Position numbers and translations under genes: made by a program. Below are positions 60,901 to 64,000 of a DNA stretch of 64,000 nt, piece after piece. This DNA comes from Octopus sinensis. Its lineage: Eukaryota. The notes under the pieces are model-generated. The model did no database searches. It had not been told where the DNA came from and saw only the letters and a list, made by a program, of their open reading frames with translations. The stretch spans positions 4,092,001-4,156,000 of the forward strand of contig NC_043018.1 in the NCBI RefSeq assembly GCF_006345805.1, in the 5' to 3' direction. The first letter of the stretch is position 1, and the number at the start of each line of letters is the position of its first letter.

Positions 60901-63059
60901 TAAGATAAAAGAGCTCACTCAAACCCTGCATTGTCATTGCTTGGTTCAATTTATCAATCACTTACAGAGTGTACTGGATGCTTTTTTTTTTCTTCTTGCA
61001 CCAGCATTGATGGGGTTGCCTTGTTGCTCACAAAGCAAGATGAGTCCCTATGATGGATGAAACAGATTTATTGTTGTGAGAGGATGGTATTGGAAAGAAT
61101 GGTAGAGAGAGCAGTGTTGGGGTAGCGAAAGTAATGGAGGAAACAGGTGAGGAGAAGGGGAAAAGTAATGTCAGGAATTAATGTGACTGTTTGTACAGTC
61201 TGGGGTCTACACTTCACCTTCCAAGAACCCAGTAGATTAAAAATTGGCACAGCTGAGTGGAAGCATCTCTGCATGCTAAGTGAATGCTTTATTAGCTTAG
61301 CTTGTGTTGTTGTGTTCAACCTCCTCCTGTTTGTCTGCAGAAGCCACTCAGATTCAGGTGAGAGTTTGGTAATTCTTTTTGAAACTTGTTACCATTGGGT
61401 ACAGATTCTAATTATGTTTATAGGCTTTGTGTCTGCGTTAGTTGGTGTACAGCAGTCCTTTTTGTGAAATCTTGCTATATTTGACTTGGTAAATTAATAA
61501 GTCTTACTATGGGTGGGTGAGACAGGGCCACTAACCTTTCTTGCCACACAATAACTCTGAATAGATTGTGATGACCGATCAAACTAATAGAAAAATGAGT
61601 GTAAAACTGATGGTGATGATATGTCTATCACTGTAAACTGACCGTTGCTGTTTAGCCCTGAGTCAGATCTAATTGAACAAATGTAGAATCAATAGCATTG
61701 CTGTTGTGATTGTCCCACTTTTGTCTTCTTTTCTCCCAGTCTAATATTACATCATCCAATGTACTGTTTATATAGGATATATATATATATATATATACAT
61801 ACATACATACTGGAGTTTGGTGCAGCCTTCCAGCATGCCAGCCCAATTAAATCATCCAACCCATGCCAGCATGGACAACAGACATTAAATGATGATGATA
61901 GTCTTGTGGTTTTGATTTATGTGCTACTTGGTGACATGAAGAAGCAACCAGTACACTCTGTAAAGTGGTTGGCATTAGGAAGGGCATACAAGTGTAGAAA
62001 TCTTGCCAAAACAGACATTGGGACTCAACGTAGGCTTCTGATTTGTCAGGTCCTGTCAAACTGTCCAACCCGTACCAGCATAGAACATGAATATTAAAAG
62101 GTGATGATAATTATATAAAAACAGGAGACATGGCTGTTTGGTAAAGTTCATTTTGCAAATACTGGATTCTGTGTGGATCCCAATGCACAGTATATTGGGC
62201 AAATATTTTCATGCCTTGCCCTGGGCTGATCAGTGCCTTTGCAAGTGAATTTGGTAGATGAAAACTGAGAGAAGTCTATGATGTGTGTGTGTGTGTATTT
62301 ACATTTTCCTAAGTGTTGAGCTGCTGATAATTTATGTCTTCCAATATGTGTTAACATATTGGAAGAGACATACAAGCGATGCCCCACTTGAAAAACAGTT
62401 AATGGTTTGTGACAAGAAACTGGTTGTAAAACAATGAAAAAAAAACATGTAAAATGAATGAATGATACCTGTGTGTATACAATCTTTTTTAACCTTTTAA
62501 CATTCAGGTTATTTTGTCAAATGTAATGTTTATTTATTCCTATTGCTGTGAATTAATCTTGCATTATCTCATAGCTTTGAGATTTCAATGAGATGATAGT
62601 TCACTTTCAGAATGACATTGTAGGGTAGGTATGAGAGTGTGGATCTGGCTAGTTTGGACATAAAGCAGGTAGAATATTTTGGTCAATTTAAATGCTGAAG
62701 GGTGAAGATACTAAGGTGTGATTTAATTGAAATTTGGCTGATATTCCTTATAGGTTAAATGAGTAACTTTGTAGAGGCACCTATTGTTGACTCAGGCTTT
62801 CATTGCTGTTACTCTTCTTTGCAGTTTGCTTCATGAACGTCGAATCCTGTTTATTTCCAAGAAGTTGAGTCGTGTCACTGCCTGCATTCATGCAGCTGCT
62901 GCTTTAATTTATCCAATGAACTGGTAATGGTTATTTTAAGTTCAAATTATTGACCAAATAACATTTCATATACTACTGAAACTTAAACAATATTTTTTTT
63001 AATTCCAGGCAACACTTGTTCATTCCTATTCTTCCAAACAGCTACACAGATCTCCTCAG
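20282..63059 (+). CDS. DENND1: DENN domain-containing protein 1 (connecdenn; Rab35 GEF family), partial multi-exon CDS
   Basis: join(20282-20346, 23198-23241, 48025-48074, 48899-49006, 50003-50162, 54319-54372, 60333-60394, 62825-62923, 63009-63059). All introns are GT-AG and all phases are compatible. Translation ENPERIFELFVEIG...PKFAYP...YFTFVLTD...YGFCR...CLCILSSLPWYEIFY...PDPNKLPSIPASRNLTEYY...LLHERRILF...TACIH...IYPMNWQHLFIPILP follows vertebrate DENND1A/B (NPETTFEVYVE, FTFVLTD, FGFCR, LPWFEVFY, LPSIPENRNLTEY, ERRI, YPMYWQH, from memory). Confidence 0.95.
20804..21175 (+). mobile_element. tRNA-derived SINE, CpG-rich and apparently young
   Basis: A box TAATGGCCCAGTGG (20811-20824) and B box GGTTTCGATTCC (20857-20868), followed by a non-tRNA body. 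Confidence 0.8.
21230..21900 (-). mobile_element. Tc1/mariner-superfamily (DD37D/maT-like) internally deleted transposase fragment
   Basis: ORF 21498-21860 has WFFSDKKDF and IWPPNTPDCNPLYYYV, followed in another frame by NTKDELKARIMAAF...EANGDFIE. Confidence 0.7.
22760..22850. repeat. 19-bp pyrimidine minisatellite (CCTCTCCTCTCTCTCCCTT, about 5 copies)
   Basis: 19-nt periodicity read directly. Confidence 0.9.
23198..23241 (+). CDS. DENND1: DENND1 coding exon, 44 nt (EPFILQHYPPNYTDE)
   Basis: tctatttcag| acceptor, GAA|gtaagt donor, phase 1 to 0. Confidence 0.93.
24622..27217 (+). mobile_element. Non-autonomous Helitron with nested RTE 3' fragments (about 26012-26420 and 26841-27150) and microsatellites
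   Basis: 5' A|TCTATTTATAAAAC at 24622. The 3' hairpin ACCCGC-gtgtaga-GCGGGT (27186-27204) lies 9 nt before CTAG|T (27214-27217). Pairing the two ends as one element is inferred. Confidence 0.7.
27234..29008 (-). mobile_element. Tc1-like DNA transposon, decayed, with a nested RTE 3' fragment (about 28155-28900)
   Basis: TIRs CAGGGGCTGGACAAAATAATGGAAACACCT (27234) and CAGGAGTCAGACAAAATTATGGAAACACCT (reverse complement, ending 29008, then TA). Transposase QDDNAPIH...WPPQSPYLNIIEHLW has 34 residues between D and E in this copy. Confidence 0.9.
29011..29722 (+). mobile_element. Probable non-autonomous Helitron with internal diverged tandem repeats
   Basis: A|TCTAATATAT at 29011 and GGGTACGTCAGCTAG|T at 29722. 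Three related units of about 145-160 bp start near 29281, 29424 and 29585. Confidence 0.55.
30560..31800 (-). pseudogene. Mariner (DD34D-type) transposase fossil
   Basis: WWVPHCLTPDQ (about 31330), QDECWFHHFEPK (about 31225), LIHQDNA (about 30925), PDLAPSHNHLF (about 30845) and terminal GDYVEK* (about 30655). Confidence 0.88.
32296..32490. mobile_element. hAT-Charlie-type MITE
   Basis: TIRs CAGTAGTTCTCAA and TTGAGAACTGCTG; 8-bp TSD CTCTTGAC / CTCTAGAC (7 of 8 match, NTCTAGAN-type target). Confidence 0.85.
33243..33340. repeat. Inverted repeat: 36-bp arms (34/36 match), 26-nt loop
   Basis: 33243-33278 versus 33305-33340. Confidence 0.9.
33851..34614. mobile_element. Long-TIR MITE (about 130-bp imperfect arms) flanked by TA
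   Basis: TA|GAATTGAAA...AGACTGTCATAATAAACCTTAAAAAGTATGGGACTAGCATTGTT pairs with 34480-34614, ending CAATTC|TA. Confidence 0.8.
34735..35795 (+). mobile_element. RTE-clade LINE 3' fragment
   Basis: WAKFRELLPLLVTKGFSVRVKGMLYDACV...LHSSKTW, then a repeat-containing 3' UTR and a (GAT)n tail. Confidence 0.85.
36260..40128 (-). mobile_element. Decayed autonomous-type Helitron: OTU - Zn-finger-like region - Rep - (helicase missing) - USP-like C-terminal half
   Basis: Possible 5' end A|TCTATAGAC at 40128. OTU GDGNCIFRA (39675-39701) and NGHYDAL (39375-39386 for GHYD). LGSMCKIC...CCAKGEVHLP (38690-38944). IHGSKQFW...FLTLSCAE (38158-38376). HUH motif EYQMRGAPHVHMKLW, QRHVCSGSC, CRFGFP, INDYNPLVLYVWKANVNIQY...YVTSY, GAYEVTDKLLG, EHYYHNLLLLFKRW. 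USP-like motifs at 36270-36860. The 3' terminus was not found. Confidence 0.9.
41960..42620 (-). mobile_element. 5' fragment of the same CR1-like LINE as 12427-15470
   Basis: Reverse complement aligns to about 12435-13095 at roughly 90% identity by eye. Confidence 0.9.
42698..42870 (+). mobile_element. tRNA-derived CORE-like SINE; older copies near 3500, 18600, 24190, 51230, 52600, 55690 and 62130
   Basis: GTGGCTGTGTGGTAAG (A box), GGGTTCAGTCCC (B box), central GGCATCTTGGGCAAATGTCTT. Confidence 0.75.
42990..43260 (-). mobile_element. Penelope-like element fragment (Neptune-like RT C-terminal region)
   Basis: GICPLYRNKSWNTIERTKKK...W...SVMFVDTTPGGELA*...IKVVEKPG resembles motifs I recall from Neptune-clade PLEs. 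Confidence 0.5.
43270..44000 (-). mobile_element. 3' fragment of a CR1-like LINE related to 14520-15300
   Basis: RWAEDNNMQFNAEKFQ...WILRTFRTRD...LDYCSQLWSP...YWERLKQL, then YSLERRRERY...FLSMVP. Confidence 0.88.
44102..44189 (-). ncRNA. Type I hammerhead ribozyme motif (PLE-type, minimal stem III)
   Basis: On -: stem I UUUCUUC, core CUGAAGA (44182-44176), 12-bp stem II GAAAGACACAAU/AUUGUGCCUUUC with one mismatch, GAAA (44121-44118), C-ACGU-G stem III, GUA cleavage triplet (cut between 44110 and 44109), then GAA(U)GAAA closing stem I. Confidence 0.8.
44640..47768 (-). mobile_element. Penelope-like retroelement, Naiad-like (RT plus C-terminal GIY-YIG), nearly intact
   Basis: ORF 46381-47484: FIQFDIASFYPSI and VPMGSSDSAQIADLVG. 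ORF 44798-46465: GLYRDDCL, ANFLDVTLNL, IWFVIPF, and the endonuclease VYQCKV...TYIG...LRVSNH...TGLSKLIWRLK...CNLCVSE...N...CPH. The two ORFs join by a single 1-nt frameshift at about 46465. The UTR boundary is approximate. Confidence 0.9.
47769..47868. other. Assembly gap (100 N)
   Basis: Run of N, directly after the PLE inverted repeat. Confidence 1.
48025..48074 (+). CDS. DENND1: DENND1 coding exon, 50 nt (GILKDVPKFAYPCSTE)
   Basis: ctgtttcag| acceptor, ATG|gtaaga donor, phase 0 to 2. Confidence 0.93.
48899..49006 (+). CDS. DENND1: DENND1 coding exon, 108 nt (CAAVDYFTFVLTDTKSKFTYGFCRHATSAQTCLCILS)
   Basis: actctttcag| acceptor, CAG|gtaagt donor, uDENN FTFVLTD and GFCR motifs. Confidence 0.96.
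50003..50162 (+). CDS. DENND1: DENND1 coding exon, 160 nt (SLPWYEIFYRFLNLLAE...SQVTIVAQEE)
   Basis: ttatttcag| acceptor, GAG|gtaaac donor, LPW.E.FY motif. Confidence 0.94.
51706..51754 (+). CDS. Candidate DENND1 small exon A, 49 nt (EAANTSSDPGMETAVV+G)
   Basis: gctacag| acceptor, TGG|gtaatt donor, stop-free in the phase left by the 50162 donor. Confidence 0.5.
53447..53502 (+). CDS. Candidate DENND1 small exon B, 56 nt (EGTLILKQAFVLEPSLTEI)
   Basis: ctgac branch-like motif near 53420, tgcagcttag| acceptor, ATA|gtaagg donor; restores frame after exon A. Confidence 0.45.
54319..54372 (+). CDS. DENND1: DENND1 coding exon, 54 nt (MFTFTAPDPNKLPSIPAS)
   Basis: tcttttttag| acceptor, AGT|gtgagt donor, phase 0 to 0. 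Confidence 0.93.
55152..55479. mobile_element. hAT-type MITE
   Basis: TIRs CAGTGCTTCTCAACC and GGTTGAGAACTACTG; TSD not preserved. Confidence 0.7.
57330..59150 (-). mobile_element. Penelope/Poseidon-type PLE 3' remnant split by microsatellites
   Basis: Thumb region RLNELKNFLLVQKYP...IVPFINTHNP (58858-59150), Zn knuckle ECGYSRCGIC (about 58690), and GIY-YIG MNCKTQNLIHCITCPTCKENYIGETG (YIGETG at 57558-57575)...PLSKHLETCG...FKIFPFYK. Confidence 0.8.
60333..60394 (+). CDS. DENND1: DENND1 coding exon, 62 nt (RNLTEYYNAMDTRNMVKIFAS)
   Basis: aattttcag| acceptor, AAG|gtaata donor. Confidence 0.95.
62825..62923 (+). CDS. DENND1: DENND1 coding exon, 99 nt (LLHERRILFISKKLSRVTACIHAAAALIYPMNW)
   Basis: cttctttgcag| acceptor, CTG|gtaatg donor, cDENN ERRI motif. 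Confidence 0.96.
63009..63059 (+). CDS. DENND1: DENND1 coding exon, 51 nt (QHLFIPILPNSYTDLLS)
   Basis: aattccag| acceptor, CAG|gtaagt donor. Confidence 0.95.
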
Positions 63060-63419
63060 GTAAGTAGTACCACATCAATTATATAAACACATTTAAAGGA
63101 GTGGGCTGTGTAGTATCTCATCAACTTATATATAAAATAATTATAGAGAACCTGGTCATCTCTTCAATTTTTTAAATGCTGCTACCTTCAGGTTTTCTTG
63201 TATTAATTTTTCCCTCATTAATTTCCTTATGATTAAATTTATATATTTTAAAGTTTAAATAGTGGTTTGCAGATTTAGCAGATAACACATGCATGCAGTT
63301 CTACAGTACATAACTACTACTCATTCTTAATGTGTGAGCATGCATGTTGTGTGTGTGTGTGTGTGTGTGTGTGTGTCTATATATACACATGTACACAACT
63401 ATATATATATATATATGAT

Positions 63420-64000
63420 TAGATTAGTGCTCCATCATAGTTTAGCAACTATTATAACGGCCTATGCCCCTCACCCAGGGTTACCTGATGGACAGAAAGA
63501 CCGTTTTTATGACACCCTACTGCAGACCACCTCATTGACGAACGACAGGGACCTTCTCTTTGTGGCTGGTGACTTCAATGAGCATGTTGGACGATATGCT
63601 GAGGGCTTCTATGGCGTTCATGGAGGCTATGGTTATGGTTCTCGCAATGAGGAGGGAACCAAGCTGCTGGAGTTCTGTGATGCGAATAGTCTTATGGTTT
63701 GCAACACTATCTTCAGGAAACCGACAAGCCACTTACCGTTTGGGCCAGCATACTAGCCAATTCGACTACATCCTTGCCAGAAAAAGGGAAAGATGGCTGC
63801 TTATAAATGCCAAAACCTTCCGAGGCGAAGAATGTACCCCACAACATAGACTGGTAGTCAGTGACTTTAGGATCAGGACTAAGAGGACAACTAGAAGACG
63901 ACCAACATGGAGAAGAAGGGTCTGGAAGCTTAAAGACCCTGCAAATGGACGGAGATTTAGAGACATGTTACTTGAAGCCTTCGACGAAATAGAAGGGGGT
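63420..64000 (+). mobile_element. RTE-clade LINE endonuclease fragment, continuing beyond the window
   Basis: TAYAPHPG...VAGDFNEHVG...GGYGYGSRNEEGTKLLEFC...VCNTIFRK, then DYIL...QHRLVV. Confidence 0.88.

Overview
AT-rich animal genomic DNA, dense in (TA)n/(CA)n/(CAT)n microsatellites and transposon debris. The repeat families resemble those I recall from octopus, so a cephalopod origin is inferred, not proven. One host gene runs on the + strand: a DENND1 (connecdenn, Rab35 GEF family) orthologue. Nine canonical GT-AG coding exons (20282-63059) join in frame into uDENN/cDENN sequence. The start exon and the 3' exons lie outside the window. None of these exons is listed as such in the ORF track. 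The introns hold Tx1-like, CR1-like and RTE LINEs, Penelope-like elements of apparently three clades, hAT, Tc1 and mariner fossils, MITEs, tRNA-derived SINEs and four Helitron-type insertions. Main highlights: (1) a decayed Helitron (36260-40128, -) that appears to carry two deubiquitinase classes, an N-terminal OTU and a C-terminal USP/C19-like domain, while its helicase is deleted; (2) a nearly intact Naiad-like Penelope element (44640-47768, -) with one frameshift, long linker insertions and a perfect 91-bp inverted 5' duplication running into an assembly gap; (3) a complete type I hammerhead ribozyme motif (44102-44189, -); (4) candidate DENND1 microexons, including a 49+56-nt pair that keeps frame only together; (5) several long near-perfect hairpins in the pre-mRNA. 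All family assignments come from motifs read by eye; no database search was run.
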